In this document: piece by piece, positions 42,155 to 56,381 of the stretch
Layout: each line of letters opens with the position of its first letter
Numbering within the stretch: position 1 is the first letter of the stretch
Assembly (NCBI RefSeq): GCF_008831285.2
Contig: NC_045138.2
Coordinates: forward strand, 434,001-498,000
Source: Nymphaea colorata
Lineage: Eukaryota
DNA: 64,000 bases
Direction: 5' to 3'
Notes under the pieces: model-generated
The model's database searches: none
What the model was told of the DNA's origin: nothing
The model's input: only the letters and a program-made list of their open reading frames with translations
Translations under genes and position numbers: made by a program

Positions 42155-45100
42155 GTATGAGGGATGGGGCACCATCGGGTGCCCTTCCCTATTTCTCCCG
42201 CCCGTCACTTAAGTGACGGGCCGGGTCGGGTCCTCTCTTGAGGCTGGATCCGACCCAACAAGCTCCCCCTCCAGCTTCAAGAGAGGAAACATACCTGCAA
42301 AAATGAACAAAATTAATATACTGCCTTAAAGGCAGTCATCCCAACTAAGTCTCTACACATATCATGCTTTTCTTTAGGTAGAGACTTCGTCATCATATCT
42401 GCAGGATTATCATCTGTATGGATCTTATCAAGAACAAGTTGCTTCGACTCTAGAACATCATGTATCCAATGATACCTTACGTCTATATGCTTTGACCTTG
42501 CATGAAAAGTACAATCCTTTCCAAGTTAAATAGCACTCTGACTCTCACAGTAAAGCACATACTCGTCTTGACTGAACTGAAATTCCTGCATGAACCTCTT
42601 CATCCATAGAAGCTCCTTGCTTGCCTCTGTAGCTGCAATAAACTCTACTTCAATAGTAGATAATGCTACACATTTCTAAAGTCTGGATTGCCAAGAAACT
42701 GCACCGCCTGCATATGTCAATAAAAAACCAGATATAGATCTTCTCCCGTCAATGTCTCCTGCCATGTCTGAATCTGTATAGCCAACAAAAATAGATTTTT
42801 GTGCCCCAAAACAAAGTGAAAAAATGCTAGTTTCACGAAGATATCTCAAAATTCATTTAACTGCTTCCCAGTGTTTCTTTCCTGGATTTGAGACAAACCA
42901 ACTACTAAGTCCAACTGAATGAGCAATATCAGGTCTAGTACATACCATAGCATACATCAGACTACCTGTGACTGAGGCATAGAGAATCTTCTCCATATCT
43001 TCCTTTTCTGAATCTGTCCTTGGACTCTGCTTGGTGCTCAACTTGAAATGCGCTGCGAGAGGGGTGCTAACAGGATTAGCCTTGTCCATGTGAAATCTTT
43101 GAAGTACCTTCTCAATGTACTTCTCCTGAGATAGCCATAGCTTCTTCGACTTCCTATCTCGTGTGATCTTCATACCCAAAATCTGACTAGCAGATCCCAA
43201 GTCTTTCATAGCAAAAGACTTGCTCAACTCCTTTTTCAAGCTTGAAATTTTCGAGATACTATTGCCAACAATAAGCATGTTATCAACATAAATCAACAAA
43301 ATGATAAAATCATCACCTGAGAATTTCTTCACAAAGACGCAGTGATCTGAAGTAGTCTTTGTGTAGCCATACTCCCCCATAAATGACTCGAACTTCTTGT
43401 ACCACTGCCTAGGTGCCTGCTTTAGACCATACAAGCTTTTTTTTAATCTACAAATATGGTTTTCTTTACCTTTCAAAAGAAAACCTTCTGGCTGTATCAT
43501 ATAAATTTCCTCATCAAGATCACCATGAAGAAAAGATGTCTTCACATCCATCTGCTCGATCTCCAAATCAAGACTGGCTGCCAAACTAAGAACAACTCTG
43601 ATAGATGACATCTTGACCACCGGTGAGAATATCTCGTCAAAGTCAACTCCTTTCCTCTGATTGAATCCCTTCACAACTAACCTAGCTTTGTATCTTGGGT
43701 TTGAAGAGTTTTCATCATGCTTCACTCTAAAAACCCATTTTTTTCTCAATGCCCTCTTGCCTTGGAGCAACTCTACAAGCTCGAAGGTGTGGTTGTTGTA
43801 AAGTGACTGCATCTCATCTTTCATGGCTTCCATCCACTTTTCCTTGTGCACATCATGCATAGCTTCTTCATAGCATTCAGGCTCACCACTGTCAGTCAAC
43901 AAAATATAGTCATGTGCGGGATATCTAGTTGAGGGACGCCGCTCCCTCGTGGATCTTCGCTGCCGATCTACATATGAGGAAGAACCCTCCAAATTATGAT
44001 CGTCACCTTCGTCATCTGAATTAGTAATATATGGCATGTCTACTTGTCCTTTTCTATCATGTATCTGCCCAACAGCATCATCTGGCACTGCTCTTGAAGT
44101 ATTCTGCAAGGGAATAGAGTGCACATCAACTGGCAAATAGCTGCTATGAGAAGAATTCTTTACTGCTTTCTGAATATCCTCAATATCCTAATCTTCAGCA
44201 AATACCACATTCATGCTTCTGATAAGCTTCTTCTCAACTGGATCATATAATTTGTAACCAAATTCATCCTCGCCACAACCCAAAAACACGCACTGCCTAC
44301 TTTTTGATTCCAACTTCGACCTCTCATCTTTTGGTATATGCACAAATGCCCTGCATCCAAATACACGTAAGTGCTCATAAGATACATCCTTCCCATACCA
44401 AACTCTGTTAGGAACATCACAATCCAAAGGAACATGTAGAGACAAGTTAATCACATAAGCAACAGTATGTAAAGCTTTACACAAAAAAGAATCAGATAAC
44501 TTAGCTTCAGACAGGAGACATCTAACTCTCTCCATGAGTGTCATGTTCATCCTTTCTGCCACGCCATTCAATGGAGGAGTCTTAGGTAGAGTCTTTTGGC
44601 GCCTGATGCCATGAGATCTGCAATACTCATCAAATGGATCAATATACTCTCCCCCATTATCGCTGCGAACACACTTCAGCTTCTTTTCAGACTGCCTTTC
44701 AACCAGTGCATGAAAGTCCTTGAAAACACCAAAGACTTGGTCTTTCCTCTTCAAAGAATAGACCCAAACTTTCCTAGAAAAATCATCAATAAACGTGACA
44801 AAATAAAGTGCACCACCATGTGAACTTACTTTCATAGGACCATATACATCTGTATGAACCAGCTCAAATGTTTCTGACTTTTTGGAAGGTGATGTCTCTT
44901 GAAAGAGACCTGTGTCTGCTTTCCAGCAAAACAATGACTGCATTTATCAAATTTATCCTTCTTTACATCTAGCAGAAGATTCTTCTTGATCAAGAATTGT
45001 AGTATCTTGTCACTCATATGTCTCAGCCTCCTATGCCACAACTCAACAGATTTCTCATCATGTGTCACATGTACCATGTCTCTGGAAATCGATGTCTGCA

Positions 45101-48100
45101 TAGTATAAAGATTATTGCTTCATCTCTTGCCTCGAGCAATAATCAAAGAATTTCTAGTAAGCTTCCACTGGTCATCACCAAAAGTGTTGTCATACCCTTC
45201 TTCATCGAGCCTTCCTGCAGAGATAAGGTTCAGATGCATGTCAGGTGCATGCCTCACATCTGTCAGCTTCAATAGAGCTCCATTCGCATTCTTCAGAATG
45301 ACATCGCCTTTGCCTACAACGTGAGACAAATAACCATTACCCATTCTCAAAGTACCAAAATCACCACAAATATATGAAGAGAAAAAATCCTTATGGGAAG
45401 TAACATGAAGAGCTGAACCACTATCAACAAGGCAACAAGTATCGTCTCTGGCAACATTAACCATGTTAGCATCACAAACAACAAACATTTCATGTTGTAC
45501 AGCAGCTGCGACATTATCATCTCGGTCATTTTTCTTCTCCTGTTTCTCCCCAATTTTATTCTCCTTCTTCAGATGGAAGCAGTACTTTTTTATGTGACAT
45601 TTCTTTCTACAGTGGTGGCATTCCAAATCCTTATATCTCGATTTGGACTTGCTTCTGCTTTTATCTCTGCCCCTATCACTCTTGAATTTACTCCTCCCCC
45701 TGTTCTCTGTGAAAAGAACATCTGTCTGAGAAGAGCAAGCCTGAGATTTTCTTTTCATCTCCTCATTGAGAATACCTGACTTAACAGTCTCTAAAGAAAC
45801 AACCCCATTAGCTGCAGAGTTAGTAAGCGAGACTCTAAATGTCTCCCATGAATCAGGCAAAGTAGCAAGCAATAATAATCTCAAAATCTCATCTTCAAAT
45901 TTAACGCCCATACTGGATAACTGACTAATGACCCCCTGAAAATCTGACACTGAACTGCCCTCCCTGAATCTTAAATTCATTAATCTTTTCAGAAGAAATA
46001 ATTTACTAATTCCTGTCTTGAAGGCATAAAGATTTTCTAATTTTGCCCACAAACTACATGCATGATTTTCATCTTGGATATGGTTATAAACATTTTCATC
46101 CACAAATTGTCGAATGAAACCACAAACTTGTTCGTGTTCAAATTCTCATTCTTCATCAGATTTAGAATCGAGCTTTTCTTTGGCAAAAACTGGGAGGTGC
46201 ATAGCCTTCACATATAAGAGATCTTTCACCTTATTTTTCCATAGACTATAATTAGTCCCATTTAGACTAATCATACGGCTAGTACCAAAATCAATTTTGT
46301 TATCCACCATGTTGGCTCTGATACCACTTTGTTGGGATAAAATGTGGATAGACACAAATCTATTAAAAAAGATTCAACAATGAAGTATATCCCAAACCAT
46401 CATGCAAGAAACAACAAAACAACAACCAAACAATCACAAATGCACGAGAAGATTTTTACATGGAAAACCCCTCAAAACAATGAGGGTAAAAACCATGGGG
46501 TACTACGACCCAAACTCAATCCACTATAATCAATGATATAAGTTGTCCCACGAGGGGATACACAAAGTCAACCCTCCAACAATAATATCTCACCAAAGCT
46601 ATATGAGAAAAACAAGGGAAAAATATCACCGATTGAATGCGGAAACCGTGGATTGAGAGGAAATGTGTCTGGCTTCCTCCTTGGAATCGAATCTTGCTCT
46701 AGCCAAATGCTCGCAACCTTCTCTTCCTCTTCTCCTTCTCTCCTTTCCTCTTCTCCTTCTTTCCTCTCTTCTTCTCCTTCTCTCCTCTTGCTGTGCAGCC
46801 ACCAAGAGAGCTCAGCCACAAAAGAGCTCCTCTCTCTTTTTCCCCAAAACGGAAACCTAGAGAGAGAGAGAGATGTAAGAGGGATGGGGGCACCATCGGG
46901 TGCCCTCCCCTATTTCTCCCGCCCGTCACTTAAGTGACGGGCCGGGTCGAGTCCTCTCTTGAGGTTGGACCCGACCCAACAATAACGTCAGACTGAACCA
47001 GCGAGGCATGAGGCTTATACTGCTACTTTGGAGGATCTCCCTTGTTGGCAGGTCTTCCGTGTAAATTCCAGCACTTTTCTCAAACATGCCCTTCTTTTTT
47101 GCAGTATGTGCACACTGGTCGTTTGCCTCTATTTCTGAACAATTGTTGAGCTTCCAATTTTCCTTCAAATCTTTTGCTAGCTGAGGCATTAAAAGCAACT
47201 TTTTCAATATTTTCACTACTGGTTTTAGTATCAATAGTGTCGCCGGTCTTCATCACCTTTCTTCTTTTCTCTTCTCGTAAAAAGGTGTTATACACCATAT
47301 CCAAAGAGGGAAGGTCAGAGGTCATTAATGTTTGGCTTCTTGCTTGTTCATAATCCTCGCCTAAACCAGCTAAGAGTTTGAAAGTTCTTTCTTAGTCTCA
47401 CTGCCTCTTAATACAAGCAAGATCGATTGAGAGGGGCAATGTGAGTCCATCTCATTCCACTTTTCTTTGGTGTAGCAATATAGTCACTCAAGGACACTTG
47501 ACCTTTCTTCAACTCACAGATTTCATGGGAGAGTTGATACATGTGTGCCGTATTATATTTTTCACTATAGAATTCTTTGGCAGCATTCCATATTTCTTTA
47601 GCCATATCAAAGCAAGAAAAGCTTTCAGCGAGCATCCATCGAGTTTAATAACCAAGACAAAACCATATGATTTTCGGACTCCCATTCATCATAGTTATGA
47701 CCGTCAATGGCTGGTTTTGGTTTTTTTCCATTAAGGTACCCTGGTTTAATTTTCCCACTCAAAAACAAAAACAAAGTAGCAGCTTTGGATCATGACATAT
47801 AGATTAAATCATTTAATGGAATATTTGTAATTTTAAGAATAGTGGTACCTGTCTCCACGACAATATGCTGCAGTGTAGAAGAAGATCCATTTGTCGAGTT
47901 TTGACCCTGAGAGTCATTGGTTCCATCATACGACGATGCCATGGATAAGTTAGAAAACCAAAAAAAGAACTTATTTTTTGAAGGCTATCACTGCTTTACG
48001 ATCAATTGAACATAGAGGATGAACAATATGACAGAGAACAAAAATTCCTTATCAGATTTGGGGAGCGGATGAGAGTTGGTCACCGGCTGTCTCACACGAC

Positions 48101-48642
48101 TTCCTGAAAAAAAAAAGGGAACTGCAAAAACCGACTGCTTCCTCCAGAGTTCTCCAAAGAATCTGCGATAGTGCAGGAACGATCTTCAAACACCTAGAAT
48201 TCTATTGCGTTCCGTGTTCGACAGCTGAGATTATGGGAGAAAACAGCGCCATAGGTTGGAATCACGGATTGAGCAGGGACTCCACTGTCGGTCCTCTGTT
48301 TTCAAGCGTTGGGTCTGTCTCTGTCTGTTCTTCCTGTACTCTGCAGCAACTCCTATTTGGAATCTCCAAGTGCTCAGGTAAACAGCTCTGATACCATGTT
48401 AAGATTTGAGAGAAAGAGGAAGAAGGACAGTGCACGCACAGATTTACGTGGTTCGGATTTGTAAATCCTACATCCACGGCAAGAACCTGAGGTTACGTTG
48501 AGGAAAGATTTACAATAAAGGAATATTTCTCAACGTTCCATTAACGGCTAAATGAGACATGAATGGTAACAGGAACAGCAGAGTTGATAAGGAAGGGAAA
48601 CTTGACAAATCCATGCGTGATGTTGCAACGGTTTTCTCATCA
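38271..48642 (-). mobile_element. Older degenerate Copia (element B), same family as element A, in ADH intron 1
   Basis: 3' LTR 38271-38566, 5' LTR 48397-48642, PBS 48385-48396, PPT 38567-38575. TSD gtctc/gtctg; the empty site gtctg is in copy 1 at ~5520. Fragmented ORFs closely match A, and the protease region is deleted near 41515. Confidence 0.95.
41620..46981 (-). mobile_element. Nested Copia (element C; Tnt1/Tork-like) inserted in gag of element B
   Basis: LTRs 41620-42260 and 46330-46981 (TG..CA), PBS-Met 46315-46326, gag ATG at 46310, PPT 42263-42272. Broken gag-pol with CHHCRKKCHIKKYC, LVDSGS, SDNGGEY, QMDVKT. TSD degenerate (tgaac/ataac). Confidence 0.93.
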
Positions 48643-49674
48643 GTCTGTCTGCTTGTGTTGGTGTTAGCTGCTGTTGCATGGGAGGCAGGCAAGGCGTTGG
48701 TTAGCCTCAGGCCATGGACGTCAGAGTGAAGATCCTCTTACCTATCTATGTCACACTGACGTTTTCTCCTGGGACTGCAAGGTAATTTGTAACACCTTCT
48801 CCGCTGATTCTTTCTTCTTCCATGTTTAAATCTTGACCTTCTTTAGAAGTTTTACGGTTAGAAATGGAAGGAAACAGGATAGACAGTATGCTTCACTGGC
48901 GGTCGGTTCCTTTGACTGATCTCTTCTTTCCTTTGTTCCCTAGGATCCTTGGACACGAGGCCGGAGGGTGAGTTTTTTCCCTTATTCTTTAATAGTTTTA
49001 TTATATTTTTAATTTGTTGACTCCAGGTGTATCTCTGTGTGCATGACTGCATGGTGTTTCTTGTTTTTATAAGGTTACTGTGATTTTTCTAAGAAAAAAC
49101 AATGTTTTTCTAACTTGATCTTTCAAATGCCCATGATGTTTTTCTTCTTCCCTGCATTGCTGGTGCTCGCTTTCTTGATTAATACATCCATTATCCAAGC
49201 TCAAGGGAAAGGCAGTAACGTTATTTAATTAAACCCAAAATGATCTTCCATCCGGAGTCTCTGCAGTTGTTTCATTTGCAAAGATGGCCCTTGTCATAAA
49301 AAATAAAAAAAACTCCCTTAAAGATCTTACTTTCTGATGCTTCTTTGATATTCCTAATCTCCACAAAGTCGCTTGTTATGGTTTGGTATTTGCCATGTCT
49401 TCTCTTCTTTTATGGTCTTCCACCTTCTCTTCTTTTATGGTCTTCCACCCTTTCTTTTTCTCCATTGTGTGTTGCACTTAAAGCATGACCTGGGTTTACC
49501 AGGATTGTCTGGAGTTTTGGTGAAGGTGTGACAGAGCATAAGCCTGGTGATCATGTTCTCCCTGTCTTCCCCGGTGAATGTGGGGAATGTGCTCACTGCA
49601 AATCAGAAGAGAGCAACATGTGTGATCTCCTTAGGATCAACACAGACAGGGGAGTGATGCTTGCTGATGGGTAA

Positions 49675-49842
<168 letters not shown>

Positions 49843-52171
49843 TGACCCTTCCCATCTTCTAAATTCTTTCTCAATCTTGCTCAAGGCGTGCTGGTTTTCT
49901 GCAGTAGTACTGATCAATAATTGTTTGAAACGTGTTTTCAGGATTTGTTGCTAGTTGATACTGTGAATGTTGCTAAACCAAAAAGAGGTCAATCGGTAGC
50001 TGTTTTCGGATTGGGTGCTGTGGGCCTCGCTGTAAGTTTTCTTTCTCTTCTGATTGGTGTTCTATTATGAGTATGCGTTTTCGTATGAATACCTTTATGA
50101 TGCATTCTATTAGGCTTGTGAAGGTGCAAGAGTTTCAGGTGCGTCAAGGATTGTTGGGATTGGTCTGAACCCCAACAGGTTCGAAGAAGGTAAACAATGA
50201 TAGCAATGTAATTGATCGTTTTGTGGTGATTTCAAAGTGTATATCACTGACCCTTTCTTATTTTTCTTTGATTTCAACAAAGAAATTTGGATGCACAGAG
50301 TTTTTGAATCCCAAGGACTATGATAGACCTATTCAACAGGTTAGATTCCAGATATGCCAGTTCTATGCTTTCCTACGGCATGCATCCTTTGTTTTAACAA
50401 ATTAAGGATGTATTTCTTAGGTTCAAAGTGGACAGTAAATTTTGATTAAGAATTAACGGTTGCTTGCAGGTGATTGCTGAGTTGACAAATGGAGGCGTCG
50501 ACAGGAGTGGCGAGTGCACAGGACACATTGATGCCATGATCTCAGCTTTTGAATCTGTCCATGATGTAAGTGATTTCACCGAAGATTATTGCTTGATCTA
50601 CATTGACCATCCACATTTTCTTGATGTCTCTCTTTAAAAAGACAAAAACCTTGCATTTACAGGCTTGTGAATGCATATTCTGCAATTACTTTCGGTCCCC
50701 AAAAAATCCATTATGTGATATTAAATCTCTAAGGATTTAGTCATCTTCTAAATACCGCTGTGTTACAGGGATGGGGCGTGGCTGTCCTGCTTGGCGTCCC
50801 TCACAAAGATGCAGTGTTCAAGACGCACCCCAATAACTTCTTGAACGAGAAAACTCTGAAAGAAACATTCTACGGAAACTACAAGCCCCGCAGCGACATC
50901 CCCGGGGTTGTGGAATTATACATGAAGAAGGTAATCTCTCCCTCTCTTCCTTCCGAAGACAAATTGAGAAGGGTATGCGAATCTACATTCAAATCATGAT
51001 TGCAGGAGCTCGAGTTGGACAAATTCTGCACTCACCGCGTTTCATTCAAGGACATCAACAAGGCCTTTGATTTGATACTCAGCGGCCAAGGCATTCGCTG
51101 CATCATCAGCATGGAGGATTAGGCATGGATCAAGAGGAACCCGTGCTGCAAAACTTACAGATAATAAAGTAGGAGATGCTGTTGTGTTGCTTCGTTGCAG
51201 CTTCTCGGAAGAGTCAAGCGATCTTTTCTTTTGCAGGGAGTCCAAATTTTCGAGTTATTTTGGTTGTTTTGTGTCATAGTCGCCGTCTCTTCTATGATGT
51301 ATGGATTCTGCCTTCATACTACGCACTTGTTAATCTTTGTTTATCTACTTTGTTTTCTGAAACTTTTAAAAGGAACACAGTACAAAGTCTCTTTCCTATT
51401 CCTTAAGATTTAAGCAAAGAAACTCTTCCCTTTGTTAATATTAGTTCTCATTTTTTTCTTCATGTTTTTTTTCTTAATCATCTACTTGTGTCACAGATGG
51501 ACGGCTTCCATTAAATGGTTGGGTAACTTTGAATAGGAAGAGTCATGTTCACTCACTAGTAATGCTTTAGTAAAAAAAAAAAATTAAAGTTCTTAAGAAA
51601 AAGTTAATAAAGGACAGTTGAGGAGGAATCGGCCAACGCAAAAACCCCACAACTTCCCAACTAGTAAATAACATCAACTTTGGTCAGGTCCACACTTGAA
51701 CGCAATTTAACTTGGCTCTATGTAATTGGAATTTGTACTTATTTGTAGCAACCGAATCCAGATCTGATTGACATAACATCTGTAAATTGGGTTCAATGTT
51801 TATCGATCCCAGTCGAACACACTGGCCTTGAGAGGCATCGCGTAATTAGCAAACTGATGGGTCAGTGAAAGTTCTGTCATCAGTTTAATATCTCTCAACA
51901 CTGAATTTGGATTCAATCATGAAACTTCATTCTGAATCTATATTTCATTAATAGTATTTCTGGTTTTCTCTATATGATCGGACTTCGTGAATTCAAAACC
52001 AAACCCAATTCTTTTAATTGTTAATAATTTCAGCTTAATTGACTAGAAAAAATGCATCTCAACTTGAAGAAGTCATTGTCATAAATGCTTTATGTTTGAT
52101 CATGGTGGAAACTGTGTGCCTGTACTTGACTTGTGGAAACTGTGTGCCTGTACTTGAAAATAAAACGCAAA

Positions 52172-53770
52172 GGTCTGATAAAAGGCAAAAATCTGAATCC
52201 TTTTTCCCATGGAAATAGAGGGTGATCCCATCCCCACCAATGAACCTTGGGTCTTGGCACACAGCCCGTGACTTGTCACAACCTATTAATTAAACATGCA
52301 AAACCAATAAAAAGTTACTTACCTGATCAACATGCACTCACTACTATACATAGATTAACATGATATCAGAGTTAGCCTAGCTTGGGTAAGCTCCAGAGCT
52401 GATATTCACTGGCGCTTTCCACGCGTCACAACTCAAGAGAACAGATAACTTGACACGGACAGTGTCCATTTACTAGAGCAATTTAATCCTATCACCCGAA
52501 GCTATGTGTCAATAAAGGTTTCGACAAGCCAAACAGATTATACTGATCCCCATCTATATGGCCAATTTAGGGGCCGAACTAAACAATGATATATATCTAA
52601 TACTTGATACTTTTAGAAAAAAAAACCAATTCAAGGACGCGTGTTTAATATATATGCATAGTACACACACGTGTGTATATATATATATATAGAAGGTTTG
52701 GATGGAGAAATTTGCCGGCCTCTCATATGTATTGCATTGAAATGCCGTAGTTAAAGAAGCTTAAGATAGATGAAAAATGTCGGCTCATATATATGTATAT
52801 ATATCTTGGCCACAGAAAATGTATTTTTTTCAAAAAATGCGGTAAAAAGGAAAAAAAATAGGTAAGCCGAAAAAGGTAAAAAAAAGCTCTTGGCGATTTC
52901 ATGTTTTTTCTTAAGGTCAAATCGCTTTGTTCTATTTTTTTTATATTTACTTGCTCGTTATGTACTTATTTTTTAATTAGTTTTTCACGTTTGTTGTTTT
53001 CCTAATTTTTATGTTTTTTTAATTTTTTTTTTAAATTATCGTCTTTGTTTTTTTTTTGTTTAAGCTCATCGTATTATACCCGAGAAAACCTCGTCATTAA
53101 AATGCAAAAACAATATTTGTTACTATATACTTGTGTTTGTGTTTCCTCTAATTTGGATACTAATAAATATGAAAATTGGTGAATACTAATCCCAACTTTC
53201 CATCAACATGATCATATGATTCACAACTTTATTCTTTCTGTTAGTACTATCTGAGATATAAATCAGATGATCAAGATTGGTGCACACAACTATAGTTTTA
53301 GAGAGAGAGAGCAAAATGAACATTATTATCAAGGATACTGAAAATTGGTGCACCATATGGTTAATGACTAACATACCTTTTATTTACAATAAAAAGAACT
53401 TTTGTGTAGATAAAAATAAAATAAAAGAGTAAAAAACTATAATAAATAAATTCTTTAACAAATTATAAAAATGTCCTTCCCTCTTTCAGGCAACTTTTTC
53501 TCTATTATCAAAAAGGTTTGGAGTTTCGAAATGGCTAAAGTTGAGAACACTTACGGAAAAAAGGCTTCCGGGATGCGCAGTACGCAGTAAAACTGACAGT
53601 CGTGAGGGCAAGCTGCAGGGCACTTGTAGTAAGAGGCGCTGCTTCTTCCCTCCCTTGCAGCGGGCAATCTTGAAGTGCTTCGCTTCTGCCACCATCTCCC
53701 ATTCCACAGAGAAGATGATCACCAACAAACAAAGAGCAAGAGAACAATTTCTCATGTACGCCTTTGCCAT
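52172..53770 (-). pseudogene. Root-cap / LEA-related protein pseudogene, copy 2
   Basis: Exon 1 53770-53555, with the Cys-rich YKCPAACPHDC motif out of frame. Exon 2 starts at 52282 with CQDPRFIGGDGITLYFHGKKDSDFCLLSD and is truncated at the same point as copy 1. Confidence 0.85.
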
Positions 53771-54007
53771 GGCCGATTTTCTTTCTTTCCAAACTGTTAT
53801 GTGTTGTTGAGTCCTAACAATGAAACCCAGTGCCCTTTTATAGGACTCCAGTTGATACCAAATGTCAAATCTTACGGTCCAAAAACACATGAATACAAAC
53901 AAAAAGACCTAACATAAAAGTGGAAGGAGATATATAGCTACACCACTTGACTTGCTGGTCAAAACCCAATTTTTTAAGTTTTCCTTTTTTTTTTCCTTGC
54001 TCCTAAG

Positions 54008-54485
54008 TAGGGGTGAACACGAGCCGAGTCGAGCCCAAGTTCAGTCAGCTGAAGCTTGGCTCGAATAATGAAACATCGAGCTCGAGAAAAGCTCGACGGA
54101 AACATCTCTAGCTCGACTCGATAGTTCGACAAACTCGTTTGAAAAGAATTGATATTCATCGTTACTTGTTGAGCTCGAACTCCACACTATTAAGGCTCAA
54201 CAAGTTCATTTGAATATAATTGATATTCATCGTTTCATGTTGAGATCGAATTCGACTCGATTAAAGCTCGACAAACTTGTAAACTCGTTTGAATATATTG
54301 ACTTGATTAGGGCTTGAGCTCGACTAGGCAGTTATGTGTTGAGCTCGAACTCAACTCGATTATTTGAACATGTCGACTCATGAACTCGAACTTGACTCGT
54401 TAAGCAAATGACTCAGCTCAAACTAGTTCACGAGCTGTGTTTTAATGAGTTGAGTTCGAGTAGCTCGACTCATTGTTCACCCATA
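54008..54485. mobile_element. hAT-type MITE (counterpart of 14776-15272)
   Basis: TSD ctcctaag at 54000-54007 and 54486-54493. It is shared with unit 1, so it predates the duplication. Confidence 0.85.
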
Positions 54486-55585
54486 CTCCTAAGTTCTAGA
54501 GCTGTGTCTGCACGAGGTGGTGAGATTTTCTTGTGCTTCAACTTGCATGCAATCAATATAAAGCTAATTAAGTATGGGTGGATACGAAATGCATTGGTTC
54601 CGCGATGCCTACTTATAAGGTGACTCAGATTCTGACTCAGATTCGATTAAGCAAACCAATCAAATTCAGATTCATCAGGTTATAAGTTCTTTACCATCCA
54701 AATTTTATAGGCATCTGATTTTAATGTATGCTAATTAACTTACGGATGTCAATAGATTGGATTGAAAGCCGGTATTTCATTATAGATTGCTTTAAAACAA
54801 TCGGACATTGAAAAAGAACATTAACATTGGATTTAGGAAATTACATCATATTTGGATCTGAAAATGATGTCGGATAGAATTTGGAATTGGGTTTGAACCT
54901 AATTTAGGTTTAGTTTTATAAAAAATATCCCCTATCTACTACTACCCATATGGAATAAACATTTCTTCAAAGGCATTTTAAATCTGAATTCAAATCTGAA
55001 TATGCAAACATTTGATTCATCAAATATGGTTAGACCAAAAGGGGACATCCGATCCAAATCTGGCCCACGGACATCCCTGCTGTGTTAGCACTTCGGAGCC
55101 GAATCGGATCCGTTTGCATCCCCAGTCATTGGTTGGACCACAAGAGTAAATCTAAGTATTTTTTATTTATTTTTTGATCAGGGATAAAGTTAGGCACTAA
55201 AATTGTTGACTGAGTTGAACCACTATGGAAGTCAGATGCCTTTTTCTTTGCTTCATTGTGCTGAGGTCGCAGTTGGGAGAATGCCAATAATCTTTATTGC
55301 TTACAAAAAGGAAAAAGATTGCTTGACAATAAAATAAATTTGTTTATGGCCATTATTTAAAGTACTTCATAAAAGTTACCGCCATAAGAAACTAAAGCTT
55401 TTGAGGCAGAATCTTTTTTTTTTTGGTATTAGAAATACAAATAATTTTCATGTAAATCATAATTATTTTCTTTTTTTCTAGAGGTAACAAATCATAAAAC
55501 CTATATATGGCAGTGCTTCAAAAGGATTTGTGTTTTATTTTACTATGGACAAAAGTTCAAGAAGTTATTTATGCGGTCTGAGAAC

Positions 55586-56350
55586 ATTTTCTGTGCTGTT
55601 TGTGCCCCTTAGTTGATATGGACCTCAACTTGGACCTGCGTCCAGACTCGTCAAAGATTTGGATCACAATCCATGTTGCTTTATATCTCTGCTCGCTGGG
55701 CCTTGGCTTGGCAGGGCTGCAAATGGATCAGATATGGTATAAACCTGATCAAGGTCCTGATTCAACCAATTTCGATCATATTTTCTGTGCTGTTTATGCT
55801 CCTTAGTTGATATGGACCTCAACTTGGACCTGCGTCCCAACTCGTCAAAGATTTGGATCACAATCCATGTTGCTTTATGTCTGCTCTCTCTGGGCCTTGA
55901 CTTGGTAGGGCTGCAAATGGATCGGGTTTGGTATAAAACTGATCCAGGTCCAGATTCAACCAGTTTTGATAATATTTTCTTTGATGTTTATGCCCCTTAG
56001 TTCAGGGGCGGAGCCAAGATTTCGTTTAGGGACGGGCCAAAAAATACAACTTAAAATTTGGGTAGGGCCAAAATGAATCTAAATAAAAAAATACATTGAA
56101 CAACTAAATTTTTTTTATTTTTTGAATGTAAATTTTTTTTTTTGAGCTACTTAGGGGCGGGCCACGGCCTAGGCGGGCCCTCCCCTCCCTCCGCCCCTGC
56201 CTTAGTTGATATGGACCTCAACTTGGACTTGCGTCCCACTCGTCAAATATTTGGATCACAATCCATTTTGCTTTATATCTCTGCTCTCTGGGCCTTGACT
56301 TGGAGGGCTTCAAATGGATTAGATACGGTACAAACCTGATCCAGTTCTCG
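55586..56350. repeat. Three-copy tandem repeat of ~195 bp
   Basis: ccttagttgatatggacctcaacttggac recurs at ~55607, 55801 and 56200. The third copy is split by a MITE. Unit 1 has one partial copy at ~16385-16535. Confidence 0.9.
56003..56199. mobile_element. Intact hAT-type MITE
   Basis: Perfect 11-bp TIR caggggcggag / ctccgcccctg and 8-bp TSD ccttagtt (55995-56002, 56200-56207). Empty sites are visible in the neighbouring repeat units. Confidence 0.93.
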
Positions 56351-56381
56351 ATCCAAGCAGCCAAGCTGTCCGCATCCCTAA

